Below, piece after piece: positions 40,815 to 51,504 of a stretch of DNA of 64,000 nucleotides (positions within the stretch are counted from its first letter, which is position 1; each line of letters starts with the position of its first letter). This DNA is from an uncultured virus (IMG/VR IMGVR_UViG_3300042307_001070). Taxonomy: Duplodnaviria > Heunggongvirae > Uroviricota > Caudoviricetes. The stretch lies in the IMG/VR virus record IMGVR_UViG_3300042307_001070, one strand, 5' to 3'. The translations under genes and the position numbers were made by a program. Under the pieces are notes generated by a model that saw only the letters and a program-made list of their open reading frames with translations, ran no database searches and had not been told where the DNA came from.

Positions 40815-41749
40815 AAATCAGGAAAAGACCTGAAACGTTCTTTGAAAATCTAAATCCGACCGAAACAGTCGTCACAGTTAAAAAAAGCGAAGTAACACCT
40901 CCCTTTCTTTATATGTGAAACTAAATTAAGTCATTGGGCCGTGTATGGTCCATTAAAATAAACCACGAAAGTGGGATAAAGTGAACCCTTAGTGTGTTGG
41001 GTTTGCGTCTTGGTGAGTCTTCGGACTTGTCGAGATTGAGTACACAAGCGGGATACCGCTTAACCTTTAGTACCGAGGGCAACGCTGTAGGGAAAGTGGT
41101 TAGGTGAATTGGCAATGTGGGTTGTCAGTTTGAGATGGGAACATCGATAGGAATAACTCGTAGGGATATTGCAAAAAATAAGGTTATCCGATTTTATTAT
41201 TGCGTGTTCCATTATGATAGGATACTTAAAACCGAAAGGTATGTTAGTGTACAAGTGGTGTTGTTACTAACCTTGACCGTCCCCTACCAAGGGTTCGATC
41301 TCGAAGTAGTCTTGAAATATTGAGATGGGGACATTTCACGGGGTAGTTTGGTATTTCGTTGTTCAAAAGATAACGAATCTAAAGACGGACCACTACTTCG
41401 ATCAATCCACGACACCAAACTTATGGAGCTTTAATTCCAATTAAAATTACATTAAGCAAAAGTGTTCGTCAGGTGTCAATGAAAGGTGACTACATAGTAA
41501 CGAGCAGTTCGTTGCGTAGTGAGACCGCAAGTTGAACTACATTCTTACCAAAAACCTCTATTCCCGCAAGGAAGAGTTGGGACGGCAGTCTCGAAGAGAG
41601 TTGAGTAATGAGAGAGTAATTGATACCTCAAGGAGTGATTCACCTAAATAATCGTCACTGAGGAATACCATTCAAAAGATGGTGGATACGAAGGGAAACA
41701 ATAATCCTTCAAAAGGTTCTCAATAACAGGTATAATCTCAGCCTTTTTT
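40815..41749 (+). ncRNA. Large highly structured ncRNA (~930 nt), GOLLD-like candidate
   Basis: No credible ORF; raised GC; many hairpins with GAAA/GCAA/UUCG loops; 10-bp long-range helix 41301-41310/41392-41401; ends in a T tract. Confidence 0.75.
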
Positions 41750-41842
41750 AAAAAACTACTTACTGGTAAAAAAAATTGATGGATGATAAAAAATTATTGT
41801 CCATTTTTTTGTGAGTTAAATTTTTTTGCATATCTTTGTTGT

Positions 41843-42253
41843 ATGAAAAATGATAACAAAATAGGTAAAGCGATTACGGACAAACATATTAAGATCGTTA
41901 AAAAAATTACTAAAGATATGGTAATTAGTGCATATAAAAATTACAAATATTATGTGGATTCTGACCTATTAGATTCAGCAATTAAAATCTCATCAATTAG
42001 AAAATATAAACACGAAAAATCTGTGTGGTTGGATAATAAAGAACTATATACCTATGAGATAGATGTTATTGTTGATATGCGTTCTGGACGGAGTTGGAAA
42101 AATAACAATTATTGCCAACGAAATGCAACAAGATATAATAGATATTATAGGAATAGTATTTATAATTCAGTTTTAGAATATTTAAAATATTTTGGAATTG
42201 ATGAATCAGATAACCCCACTATTTCAAAAATACAATACAAAGAAATTGTTTAA
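41843..42253 (+). CDS. Hypothetical protein
   Basis: ATG right after a TATCTTTG promoter element. Confidence 0.55.
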   Translation: MKNDNKIGKAITDKHIKIVKKITKDMVISAYKNYKYYVDSDLLDSAIKISSIRKYKHEKSVWLDNKELYTYEIDVIVDMRSGRSWKNNNYCQRNATRYNRYYRNSIYNSVLEYLKYFGIDESDNPTISKIQYKEIV

Positions 42254-42290
42254 TTAAAAAAAAAGTATTACATTTGTATAAATAAAAGAT

Positions 42291-42557
42291 ATGGCAACAC
42301 TAAAACACATAATGATCGTCCACCCTAAGTTTGGTGAAGTTTTAAATGAAACTTTTATGGATGAGGTACAGTTTAAAATATTTTTGAATATGGTCCACTC
42401 ATCTATTGAGTTGAATCAAAACCTATCAACGTTTAATGGTAAAGACTTTTTAGTTCACGTACCAAGTTCAATATTAAAGGAATGTTTAGTTATTGGTAAT
42501 AGTAAAGAGATGTCAATAGCTGAGGTTGTTATAGCAAAATCTAAGTTGGAGGGATAG
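42291..42557 (+). CDS. Hypothetical protein
   Basis: ORF after a TACATTTG element. Confidence 0.6.
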   Translation: MATLKHIMIVHPKFGEVLNETFMDEVQFKIFLNMVHSSIELNQNLSTFNGKDFLVHVPSSILKECLVIGNSKEMSIAEVVIAKSKLEG

Positions 42558-42624
42558 TTTCTTTGTTTCTCTTTAAAACAAAGTGGTGGCAGTTTGTATC
42601 ACAATCCGTGATCGACCCGAAATT

Positions 42625-42651
42625 AGGTGAGGTTTTCCTCACCTTTTTTTA
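42625..42651 (+). terminator. Intrinsic terminator
   Basis: AGGTGAGG-TTTT-CCTCACCT plus T tract. Confidence 0.8.
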
Positions 42652-42672
42652 TTATATGATATATTTATTAGT

Positions 42673-44034
42673 ATGGATCTAAAAAGAATTATTAGAAAGG
42701 TAATAAAAGAGGCTCACGAAAAGAGGCAAATTAACGAAGCCACATGGGTACCTAAAAATACTGGAAGTAAATATGGTATGAGACTTCACCCCGTACAGAA
42801 AGTTTATAAACTTCATGCTGGTCAGGATTATCCTGAACCACAAGGTACTGCTATTATTGTAATTAAACCAGGTAAGGTATTAAGATCTGAATTTGGTAAA
42901 GCCAATGGTAATTTTGTTGAAATTTTACATAATGATGGTTCGGTTACGATGTATTTACATCTATCTAAGAGAATGGTAAGTGCTGGTGACATTGTAAATA
43001 GTGGTAAAGTAATTGGGTTGGTTGGATCTACAGGTCTTTCTACGGGGCCACATCTACATTTTGTTTATAAAAAGGATGGTAAAATGATAAATCCTGAAAC
43101 TTATGCTCCACAGGTATTTAGATTTAGTAATAGTTCGTCACCAGACGTTAGTGAGTTTGTTAAACCGGTTGCAAAAGGTAAAACAAAAGAATATATGGTG
43201 TATGCCATCTCAAGTGGAAAAGTGCATAACCCAACCGGTAATTATATTGGTAGTTTAGGTACATTAATATCAAAAAGAAATGGTGAACCGATATATGGAT
43301 CACAAAGAAAACGAGATGGTAGAATATTTTTATTCACATTTGATAACAGTAATGATGTATTATACATTGAAATGTCTAATGAGGACTTTTTAAATTATGA
43401 TGTTAAAAAACAAAGAATAGAAGGGACGTGGGAAAAATTAACGGAAACTTCTGTTGTTAGAGATTCTAAAAGTAAAAACCAAGAAAAATCTTCTGAAACA
43501 AAAAATAAAGAAACTCAAAAATCAGGAGATTTAAAAGACGATAGACTTTCAGAACCAATTTTAAAGGCAATTAATGACTTAATAAAAAAAGGTGTTAACA
43601 TTACAAAAAAAAATATAGATAAAGAATTTGAACAGGAAGGGTCAACAAGACCTGATTTGGGAAAAAATAAAATTGCAGAAAAGAAAATACTAGAACTTAT
43701 AAATGATTGTAATAAAAAATTTGGTATAAGTGGAGGGGTAGTCTCCGGATATAGAAGTTATGATGATCAAGTGAATAATTTTGCAAAAAAAGTTTTAAAT
43801 AATAAAAGAACAATAGATAATGTTCAAGCATCAAACACATTACCTGGTTTTAGTCAACACCACACAGGAAAGGCGTTTGATATATATTCAACAGAAACTA
43901 GTTGGTGGGATGCGAAACCTAAGATTAAAAAATGGGTTGCGGATAACGCTAAAGATTACGGTTTTGAAATAACATATAAAACACAAGGACCATTAAGGGT
44001 TGCTGAACCTTGGCATTTAAATTATATAGGATGA
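42673..44034 (+). CDS. M23 peptidase + VanY/M15B D,D-carboxypeptidase fusion
   Basis: HAGQD..YLHL..STGPHLHF (M23); SGYRS..SQHHTGKAFD..EPWH (M15B). Confidence 0.85.
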   Translation: MDLKRIIRKVIKEAHEKRQINEATWVPKNTGSKYGMRLHPVQKVYKLHAGQDYPEPQGTAIIVIKPGKVLRSEFGKANGNFVEILHNDGSVTMYLHLSKRMVSAGDIVNSGKVIGLVGSTGLSTGPHLHFVYKKDGKMINPETYAPQVFRFSNSSSPDVSEFVKPVAKGKTKEYMVYAISSGKVHNPTGNYIGSLGTLISKRNGEPIYGSQRKRDGRIFLFTFDNSNDVLYIEMSNEDFLNYDVKKQRIEGTWEKLTETSVVRDSKSKNQEKSSETKNKETQKSGDLKDDRLSEPILKAINDLIKKGVNITKKNIDKEFEQEGSTRPDLGKNKIAEKKILELINDCNKKFGISGGVVSGYRSYDDQVNNFAKKVLNNKRTIDNVQASNTLPGFSQHHTGKAFDIYSTETSWWDAKPKIKKWVADNAKDYGFEITYKTQGPLRVAEPWHLNYIG

Positions 44035-44402
44035 AAATAGATCATATCATAAGAAAAGTTTTAATTGAAGAATTCACAACTAAAGAATTTTTATATGAAG
44101 ACATATACGGATCAGTAGAAAGTGTTGATGAATTTTTAAACGAAGCAGAATACCAAGGAAGAAAAGTCCAACTTGGAAAAATAATGCAAGGAGACATTAA
44201 AAAGTCCAAAGTTTATGTTAAAAACGATAAAGGAAAGGTTGTTAAGGTAAATTTTGGTTTTGGTGGTAAATCGGCAAAAGGTAAAAGAATGGTTATTAAG
44301 AAAAATAACCCTGAAAGAAGAAGGTCTTTTAGAGCAAGACATAATTGTGATAATCCAGGTCCAAGATGGAAACCTAGATATTGGGCATGTAGAACATGGT
44401 AA
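44031..44402 (+). CDS. Basic hypothetical phage protein
   Basis: EAEYQGRKVQLGK..RRSFRARHNC..RYWACRTW. Confidence 0.65.
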   Translation: MKIDHIIRKVLIEEFTTKEFLYEDIYGSVESVDEFLNEAEYQGRKVQLGKIMQGDIKKSKVYVKNDKGKVVKVNFGFGGKSAKGKRMVIKKNNPERRRSFRARHNCDNPGPRWKPRYWACRTW

Positions 44403-44425
44403 TAAAAAAAATAAAATAAAAAAAA

Positions 44426-44860
44426 ATGAACAGAAGTTACAGTAAAATCAGACATATTCAAGAATCTAACAGAAGACTTGAAGAAACATTATTAAACGAA
44501 CAAAATCCAGCATTAGCAGGACTTGCTGCTAGAGTTGGTAGTGTGATTGGTAATTTATTTAGAAAAAAAGAAAATGAAACCTCACCGGCACTTCAAGCGG
44601 CACAGGCAAGAGTAGAAGCAAAAACAGAACAATTAAGAAATTCACTTAGAGAGTTTCATGATGAGTTTGAAAAACTTTATAGAGATAGAGCAAAAGAAAT
44701 TAGTGACTCAATAAAAAAATTAGAAGCCGAAAAGGCACCAAACTTAGAAAAAGTAAAAGAACAAAGTACCACATTGAATACTGAATATGAAAGTCTTTTA
44801 TCTAAAATAACCGATTTTGAAACTGAAATACAAACAATTTTAGGTAACTATAATAGTTAA
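44426..44860 (+). CDS. MNRSYSKIRHIQE-module protein
   Basis: N-terminus shared with 51879..52724. Confidence 0.65.
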   Translation: MNRSYSKIRHIQESNRRLEETLLNEQNPALAGLAARVGSVIGNLFRKKENETSPALQAAQARVEAKTEQLRNSLREFHDEFEKLYRDRAKEISDSIKKLEAEKAPNLEKVKEQSTTLNTEYESLLSKITDFETEIQTILGNYNS

Positions 44861-44866
44861 GATAAT

Positions 44867-45166
44867 ATGAGTAAAATTATTATAACAGAAGACCAACTAA
44901 AAAAAGTTGTTAAATCACTTAAAGAAAGTGATGAGGAAGGGTCTTACATGGCAAAACAACAGTTGTTTACCATCGCAACATTGGCTTACAAAATGTGGGA
45001 AATGATGGAAGAAGGAGACCAACTCGAAGATTGGATGGAAACAAAAATCGCTCAATCAGAACAATCTATCACTGCGGTAGTTAAGTCGTTTATGTACGAT
45101 GAGTTTGAAGACGGTATTAAAGGAACCAATGGTTTGGATTTTGATGAATTAATCATTGGTAGATAA
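44867..45166 (+). CDS. Hypothetical protein (ITEDQL module)
   Basis: MSKIIITEDQLKKVVKSLKE. Confidence 0.6.
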   Translation: MSKIIITEDQLKKVVKSLKESDEEGSYMAKQQLFTIATLAYKMWEMMEEGDQLEDWMETKIAQSEQSITAVVKSFMYDEFEDGIKGTNGLDFDELIIGR

Positions 45167-45241
45167 AAAAACAAAACATAAATAAACCCCCTTTCTTAGT
45201 TGACTGGGGGATTTTTATTTTATATAATTATTAAAAAAGTC

Positions 45242-45418
45242 ATGTACGTAATAGTTAAACAAATCAAAACGGAATCCAAAAAAAGATTACCAGTTATATT
45301 ATTAAACTCTGAAAGTGAAATTTGGGAATTTGATAGTATTGAAGACGCTGAAGAAATGAAAGAAATATTTCAAACAAACTCAGACTCAGGACACATTTAC
45401 GAGGTTAAGAAGATATAA
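45242..45418 (+). CDS. Hypothetical protein
   Basis: Follows TTGACT-N17-TATAAT at 45200-45228. Confidence 0.55.
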   Translation: MYVIVKQIKTESKKRLPVILLNSESEIWEFDSIEDAEEMKEIFQTNSDSGHIYEVKKI

Positions 45419-45424
45419 TAATAT

Positions 45425-45496
45425 GGTTCCGTGGTGAAAGGGATATCACAGTAGATTTCTAATCTTCTATTCCTGGTTCGAGTCCAGGCGGGACTA
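45425..45496 (+). tRNA. tRNA-Arg(TCT)
   Basis: Cloverleaf; loop TT-TCT-AA; T-arm CCTGG-TTCGAGT-CCAGG. Confidence 0.9.
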
Positions 45497-45630
45497 CACC
45501 AAACAAAAACAATGGAAAACACCTTAGAACAATTACACCAAGAATTTATTAATTCAGAAGAATTTATAAAATATCTTAAAGAACTTGACGAATATTCAGA
45601 AAAATATGTATCTTTGTAAAAACAATACAT

Positions 45631-45930
45631 ATGAACAAAGAACTTGTCTCCCTATTTTTCTCAATGACTCACGAAGTGGAAGAACTACTTGAAGTATTCA
45701 ATAAGAAACAATTATTAGATTTTTACATCAATGGGTGTGAGTTAAGACTTCGTATGGAAGGACGTTTGGAGAATTTTGAAAAGTTCAATAAAGAAACGGG
45801 AGTTGAGTTCAGCACTTTGATCTCAAACAAATTTCACTTGGCGAAACAACTTCACGTATTAAAAATGGCCTTAGAAAAACTTGGAGTTAAAGGATTAGAA
45901 GAAGACCAATACATTATCTTTAACAATTAA
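45631..45930 (+). CDS. Hypothetical protein
   Basis: ORF after TATCTTTG. Confidence 0.55.
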   Translation: MNKELVSLFFSMTHEVEELLEVFNKKQLLDFYINGCELRLRMEGRLENFEKFNKETGVEFSTLISNKFHLAKQLHVLKMALEKLGVKGLEEDQYIIFNN

Positions 45931-46220
45931 TGAAATCATTCAAAGACATAGAATTTAAACCACATTCTTTTGGTGAAGGTGTACACGGACTATTATTTTT
46001 TCCTAATGGTTATGGGGTGTCTGTTGTTAGGTATAAAAATCCAATAAGCAAAATTTATGGTTCATATACATCTAACGATAACGAATGGGAAGTTGCGGTG
46101 TTATATGGTGATGAAAAAAAGTGGGAGATCACTTATAACACATACATAACGGACGATGTTATCGGTCACTTATCAGAAGGTGGTGTTGAATGGATAATTA
46201 TGTTAGTTCAGGATCTATAA
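45930..46220 (+). CDS. Hypothetical phage protein
   Basis: FPNGYGVSVV..WEVAVL..DVIGHL. Confidence 0.6.
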   Translation: MKSFKDIEFKPHSFGEGVHGLLFFPNGYGVSVVRYKNPISKIYGSYTSNDNEWEVAVLYGDEKKWEITYNTYITDDVIGHLSEGGVEWIIMLVQDL

Positions 46221-46336
46221 ATTAAGATATTTATAAGTAACCTCTCAGGGATTTTGATATTTTTACCCTTTTGTCTAATACTCGGCCGTAAAAGCAATAA
46301 AGAAAAAATAGATCGGTAGTTGAGAACAACAAAGGA

Positions 46337-46396
46337 ATCCGTGTGGTGTAATTGGTTAGCATAATTTTGGTGTGGGTTTGATTCCCGCCACGGTTT
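46337..46396 (+). ncRNA. tRNA-like RNA lacking an anticodon arm
   Basis: Acceptor CCGTG/CACGG, D-arm GTGT-AATTGGTTA-GCAT, T-arm GTGGG-TTTGATT-CCCGC, only AATTTTGGT between D and T arms. Confidence 0.6.
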
Positions 46397-46427
46397 CTTT
46401 TTTTAGTCTTTGATGTATTTATTATGT

Positions 46428-47387
46428 ATGGGATTAGAGTTTAAACAAATATGGAAGACCTCAAGGACATTAGCGGACTTAGTCAAAGAAGAGTCTGGAG
46501 ATAAAGTAATTACGAGAACTAAAATTAAATCAATTGCAACCTCTGACCATTTTGGTCAAGTCCTATTATCTGCGGCCACAACTTTATCTGATAAAATAAA
46601 AATCATACAAACAACTTGGTTTATAATTAATAAACCGAATTACACGCCAGAAAAAATATATAAAATCATAAACGACTTCTATATTTTAGTGGTTGATTTT
46701 TATGTTGAACAAACAACAAAAACTGAAACGTGTGGTGAATGTGATAATGGGTATGTTGAATGTAATAGTTGTGACGGGGATGGTAAACAAGATTGTAGGT
46801 ATTGTGATGGTGAAGGAACTCATGAGTGCGATACTTGCTATGGTGAAGGAACCCAAGACTGTAGGTATTGTAATGGTAAAGGAACTGAAACTGAAACAGA
46901 AGAAGATGATGAAGGTGAAGAAGTTGAAGTTGAAGTGGAGTGCGTTCATTGTGATGGTGGAGGTAAGGAATCCTGTCGTGATTGTGGTGGAGAAGGAAAT
47001 TTTGAATGTGATACTTGTGACGGTGAAGGAACCGAAGGATGTGATCATTGTGGAAGTACAGGGTCCGAAGGATGTGGTGAATGTGGTGGAAGTGGAGACG
47101 TTGAAAGTTATGAATCATATTATAGTATTGAAAGAACCTTTATGGTTGTGAATGGAGATTCTATGCAGAAATACATAGACAAACCATTAACAAAAGATGT
47201 GTTTGATGATATTGAAGGCGAAGATCCTGCCTTTGATTTTTATATGATATTAAAAAGACAAGATTATATGAGTGATAATACGGCAGAAGATGAAAGGGAG
47301 AACAACGAAATGGAAGATGATTTTGTAATAGTACAAGATTTGATAAAACTTGAAGATTCAAATCTAAGAGTACCCGGACTTTCCTAA
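46428..47387 (+). CDS. Protein with expanded DnaJ-type CxxCxGxG zinc-finger repeats
   Basis: About ten CxxC(xGxG) repeats, no J-domain. Confidence 0.75.
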   Translation: MGLEFKQIWKTSRTLADLVKEESGDKVITRTKIKSIATSDHFGQVLLSAATTLSDKIKIIQTTWFIINKPNYTPEKIYKIINDFYILVVDFYVEQTTKTETCGECDNGYVECNSCDGDGKQDCRYCDGEGTHECDTCYGEGTQDCRYCNGKGTETETEEDDEGEEVEVEVECVHCDGGGKESCRDCGGEGNFECDTCDGEGTEGCDHCGSTGSEGCGECGGSGDVESYESYYSIERTFMVVNGDSMQKYIDKPLTKDVFDDIEGEDPAFDFYMILKRQDYMSDNTAEDERENNEMEDDFVIVQDLIKLEDSNLRVPGLS

Positions 47388-47417
47388 CCATTAACATATT
47401 TATTAATAAAAACAATA

Positions 47418-47915
47418 ATGAAAAGAATAATTAGACTTACAGAATCAGATTTAGCAAGAATTGTTAGACGTGTGATTAAAGAAAACGAAGAAGACTTTGA
47501 CACACAAAGTTTTTTTGATGCTCAGTTTATAATTTTAAAAGAGTTTTTAACAAATTTGGGTTATATTTACATGGATGGTGAAAAACCACCTTATTCTAAA
47601 AAAGGAAGATTAGGTGTTTTTGAAAAAATTTCACATACGGAATCCGGCGAAAATGAACCTGGAACAAGTGGGTTAAAAGATGACTATTTATTTAGGGTAA
47701 AAATAGAGTTGGATTATAATATTTACGGAACAAGAGAAAATAAGTCGTCTATTTCTATATCTAAGTTTACATATGGTGATTCTGATTGGAAAGTTTTAGT
47801 CAATTCAAATGTACCTTGGGTATTAGGTAAACCTAATTATACAAAAATATTACAAGAGTTCAAAAAAATGGGTGAAGAAGCGCCAGGACTTTATTGTGAA
47901 TTTAATAAATGTTAA
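47418..47915 (+). CDS. RLTESDL-module protein
   Basis: [22 protein letters not shown]. Confidence 0.75.
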   Translation: MKRIIRLTESDLARIVRRVIKENEEDFDTQSFFDAQFIILKEFLTNLGYIYMDGEKPPYSKKGRLGVFEKISHTESGENEPGTSGLKDDYLFRVKIELDYNIYGTRENKSSISISKFTYGDSDWKVLVNSNVPWVLGKPNYTKILQEFKKMGEEAPGLYCEFNKC

Positions 47916-47925
47916 TAAAAAAATA

Positions 47926-48684
47926 ATGAAAAGAATAATAAGACTAACAGAATCGGATTTAGCAAGAATTGTTAGACGTGTGATTAAAGAAAACGAATAT
48001 GAAGAAGATGAATATGATGAAGACGACGACGACGACGAAGATTATAAAGCATTTATAGATTCATATAGTGATGAACCTATAAATACCCCTAAAACACGAA
48101 TGGCCGATCCTAATGAACCGTACGATTCAATTGGAGGACATTCCGTAAACGATTTAAAAAGAGCGTTTAATAAGACGAAGAGGGAAGATGAAGAGTGGGG
48201 ACAAACAGACGCAGGTAAACATCAATCACAGGACTTAATTAATATGGCGATAGATATATTAGAAGACGAATACGGTTATGATGGGGATGAACTTAACGAA
48301 ATGAATGAGATGGATATTGTTGAATCTTTATATGAAGAGGGCGAAGACGATTTGGCATCACAAATAGAATACCTATTAGATGAAGAAGGTATTGGTGAAA
48401 GAAGTGGAGGTGAATTAGGTGAAGGTTTTGATGATTTTATTACCAAAAAAAGATTCAAAGACTACAACCCAAGAGAATTTAGAACAATTAAAAAAGATGA
48501 TTACAAAAGAAATTTAAGACCAGGAATGAGAGACTTTGAAGGAACGGAGTTAATGGGTGCTGAAGAAGAACCATTTGACGACTATAAAGATCTAAGTATG
48601 TATAACCCATATTATGGTACAAATGATGATGATTTTGATGATGATTTTGAAGAGGAAGACTTTGATGATGAAGAATTTATATAA
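47926..48684 (+). CDS. RLTESDL-module protein, very acidic
   Basis: Start at ATG 47926; identical N-terminal module. Confidence 0.75.
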   Translation: MKRIIRLTESDLARIVRRVIKENEYEEDEYDEDDDDDEDYKAFIDSYSDEPINTPKTRMADPNEPYDSIGGHSVNDLKRAFNKTKREDEEWGQTDAGKHQSQDLINMAIDILEDEYGYDGDELNEMNEMDIVESLYEEGEDDLASQIEYLLDEEGIGERSGGELGEGFDDFITKKRFKDYNPREFRTIKKDDYKRNLRPGMRDFEGTELMGAEEEPFDDYKDLSMYNPYYGTNDDDFDDDFEEEDFDDEEFI

Positions 48685-48690
48685 TTAAAA

Positions 48691-51048
48691 ATGATAGTTA
48701 ATTTAAAAGAAAGCCAGATAGATGGTTTAATTAAATTGGTTCTTGCGGAAGAAAGAACCAAAAAAGGTTTAATTGAGCAGTGGGAAAGGGCACCTGCGGG
48801 AAAACCAAAAGATGCGTTAGGGTATTGGAAAATATTATTTACAAACCTTACCGCTGGTGGAATTGGTGTTAAATGGCAAGTACCTAACGATCCGGTAAAA
48901 TCTACTTTTATGTATTGGGGTGGTTGGATCATATGGAAAGACATAAAAAAGAATGGGGGTTATCCTGTGTCTTTTGGTACGGGAAAAGATGGTCTAACCT
49001 TTGCTTTTTACCCTAAAGGTAAATATGCCGGTCAGCCACTTAACAATATTGAATTGATGGCTTCTAAAAAAAATATACCGGTTTTTAAATTAGACAAGTA
49101 CGCAAAAAAATCAACAAAAGAAGTTACCGATGAGTTTAAAAAACTATTAGGAAATAGTAAAATAAAAAATTTTGTTGGTAATATAGGTAAAGAATTATCC
49201 GCCGTTTGGTCAGATCTATATACTAAACTAAATCAATACAAACCTAGTACAGTAAAGTTAGTTAAATCGAATAGTGGAGACGCATATTTTTTAACCAATT
49301 ATTTTGGAAGCACTCAACTTGGTTTTTACACGAATGGCGATATTAAATTATATGATGGAACTCGTTGGACAAGTATTGGTAAATGGGACTCATCAATGCA
49401 AAAAGACGGTAAACTATCAGGTGGATGGTTAAGTCGAAATAACGGTGAAAAAGTTTCTTTGGGTCCTGCACTTAATGAACCAAATTTAATGCCAATCTCT
49501 TGGATGTTAGCGTCTAGTTGGAATAAAAAATCTACAACAACAACAACAAAAAGTAAAAATTATCCATACGAGGAATTAAAAAATAATCCGACACCGGAAT
49601 TTATTGCTAAAGTAATAAAAGAATCAAGAGGTACTGTTCAAGATAATGAGGCTTGGGCTGAGTCCGCATTTATGGCAATTAAAAATATGGCTATGTATGA
49701 TAAAGTCGCTAAAGCTTTAGGTACCGACCCATATAAATTTGTTAAATCGTTTATTACCGTATCAATTAAGTATCACGTTCAGGCTATACAGGTATCATAC
49801 TTACAATTACTTAATGATGAAAAACCAATTACTGTAACTAAATTTTCCACACAATGTCCATTAACTTTTACTGAACAAAATCCTGGTGGTGGTAAAACAA
49901 ATAAAAGTGGACAAGTACCTTACGCTCTTTGGAATACAAATAAAGATCCATATTTAAAGGTAGTGGGTGCCTTTAGTGAATATAAAGGAGTAGTGCCTGG
50001 AGATTTTGGATGGAAACTTAATAATAATATTTACCCATACCCTACTTTATATAGTAAATCATGTACGCTCGGAACAAATCTTAACGAGTCTAAGATTTAC
50101 GAACAGGTAAATTTTGATAGATTCAATAAATCACCCCAACTGCAGACAATTGATATTCGCCAGGTGAATCCTTCGGCAAGAAAGGTTAGTATTAATACTA
50201 AAAATCAAAAAAAGATGATTGAGTTTAATAATGCGTTGGTACAACAAAATAAATTAATACCACAATATTGTCAAAAACCATTAAGGAGGGAGAAACGAGT
50301 AGCAAGAGGTGGTAATGACCCTAAAATTATTGATGCGTATTTAAGTATGTATACCCTATGTAAGGATTTTGGAGGTTTATGGGTACGTGGAGCCAACACC
50401 GCAAACTTTACATGTGGATGTAGAGATATGAATGCTATTGATTTAAATGTTGCGGTTGATGATGGTAGTGGATTCAAAAATCGTATGGGTCAAACAATAT
50501 CACAATCAGTAGATAAAACACAAACATCAAAAAATTGGTCGGACGCGGAAAACCAACAGTTGGCACTTAATGCACTTGCATTGGCATCGGCATTTATACC
50601 TGTTGTTGGACCTGCAATATCTGCAGGTATTAGTCTTGCAGGGGCTTATGGTCAATATAGACAAGGTAATAATAAAGCCGCGGCTATTGAATTATTTTTT
50701 GCCGTTTTACCGTTTATAGGGAAAATACCTGGTATGGCCAAAGTAAGTAAAACAATGGCTGGAAGTCTAAAGGTAAAATTAGTTAGAGGTGGTACTATGA
50801 CATTGACAGAATTTAACACAGTAAAACAAATAATTGCGTACGATACTTACATTTCCTCAAAAGTTGGACAATATTTAAAAAAACAAGCGATGAGTGACGT
50901 GTCAAAAACATTATTAACAACCGCAGTTAAAAAGGTTGAACAAAAGGTGGTTGGATTGGCCGGTACACCAACCTATGGAGATCTTAAAAAGAAAGCCACA
51001 GGAGAAACCTTGGCGGTAACTACAGGTGTTGAGGATAAAAACACATAA
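48691..51048 (+). CDS. Large protein with C-terminal hydrophobic helical hairpin
   Basis: LKESQI module; AFIPVVGPAISAGISLAGA..LPFIGK segment. Confidence 0.65.
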   Translation: MIVNLKESQIDGLIKLVLAEERTKKGLIEQWERAPAGKPKDALGYWKILFTNLTAGGIGVKWQVPNDPVKSTFMYWGGWIIWKDIKKNGGYPVSFGTGKDGLTFAFYPKGKYAGQPLNNIELMASKKNIPVFKLDKYAKKSTKEVTDEFKKLLGNSKIKNFVGNIGKELSAVWSDLYTKLNQYKPSTVKLVKSNSGDAYFLTNYFGSTQLGFYTNGDIKLYDGTRWTSIGKWDSSMQKDGKLSGGWLSRNNGEKVSLGPALNEPNLMPISWMLASSWNKKSTTTTTKSKNYPYEELKNNPTPEFIAKVIKESRGTVQDNEAWAESAFMAIKNMAMYDKVAKALGTDPYKFVKSFITVSIKYHVQAIQVSYLQLLNDEKPITVTKFSTQCPLTFTEQNPGGGKTNKSGQVPYALWNTNKDPYLKVVGAFSEYKGVVPGDFGWKLNNNIYPYPTLYSKSCTLGTNLNESKIYEQVNFDRFNKSPQLQTIDIRQVNPSARKVSINTKNQKKMIEFNNALVQQNKLIPQYCQKPLRREKRVARGGNDPKIIDAYLSMYTLCKDFGGLWVRGANTANFTCGCRDMNAIDLNVAVDDGSGFKNRMGQTISQSVDKTQTSKNWSDAENQQLALNALALASAFIPVVGPAISAGISLAGAYGQYRQGNNKAAAIELFFAVLPFIGKIPGMAKVSKTMAGSLKVKLVRGGTMTLTEFNTVKQIIAYDTYISSKVGQYLKKQAMSDVSKTLLTTAVKKVEQKVVGLAGTPTYGDLKKKATGETLAVTTGVEDKNT

Positions 51049-51073
51049 ATAAAAAATTAAGATATTTATTAAA

Positions 51074-51484
51074 ATGAAAAAAATTATTAGACTAACAGAA
51101 TCCGATTTAGCAAGAATTGTTAAAATGGTTATTTTTGAAACGTCTATGACAAAAGAACAAGTTAAAAGTTCAATATCTAATTTTATTAGTTCTTGTGTTA
51201 AAAATATGAAAGAACTTGATAATATTATGAGAGCAAGTGGTTATAGTGCTATTGCGATATTTTTAGGTGTGTGTAGTTTTTTAACTGTTGAAATTCCTGG
51301 AATCGCATTGATGTTCGGAGCATCCGCAATTAATTTTGGTACACAAGCATATAAGGAAATAAGTGGAATATACACATCACTAAAAACAGAAGAAAAAAAA
51401 TCACAATTTAAAAATAAATGTAATAATGTTTTTACTTGTGTATCTAATAAAATAGAAAACCAAGGGTTGTTAGATTTGTTATAA
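51074..51484 (+). CDS. RLTESDL-module protein with hydrophobic segment
   Basis: [22 protein letters not shown]. Confidence 0.7.
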   Translation: MKKIIRLTESDLARIVKMVIFETSMTKEQVKSSISNFISSCVKNMKELDNIMRASGYSAIAIFLGVCSFLTVEIPGIALMFGASAINFGTQAYKEISGIYTSLKTEEKKSQFKNKCNNVFTCVSNKIENQGLLDLL

Positions 51485-51504
51485 TAAAAAATAAAATAAA
51501 TAAA

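Noticed and set aside
40921..41323. Short track ORFs inside the large ncRNA
   Set aside because: No protein-like features; the region is explained by RNA structure
40815..41749. rRNA fragment or group I/II intron
   Set aside because: No recognisable rRNA conserved motifs, no interrupted gene or intron-encoded protein; still needs cmscan
46666..47151. His-rich and other alternative-frame ORFs
   Set aside because: By-products of the repetitive CxxCxGxG coding strand
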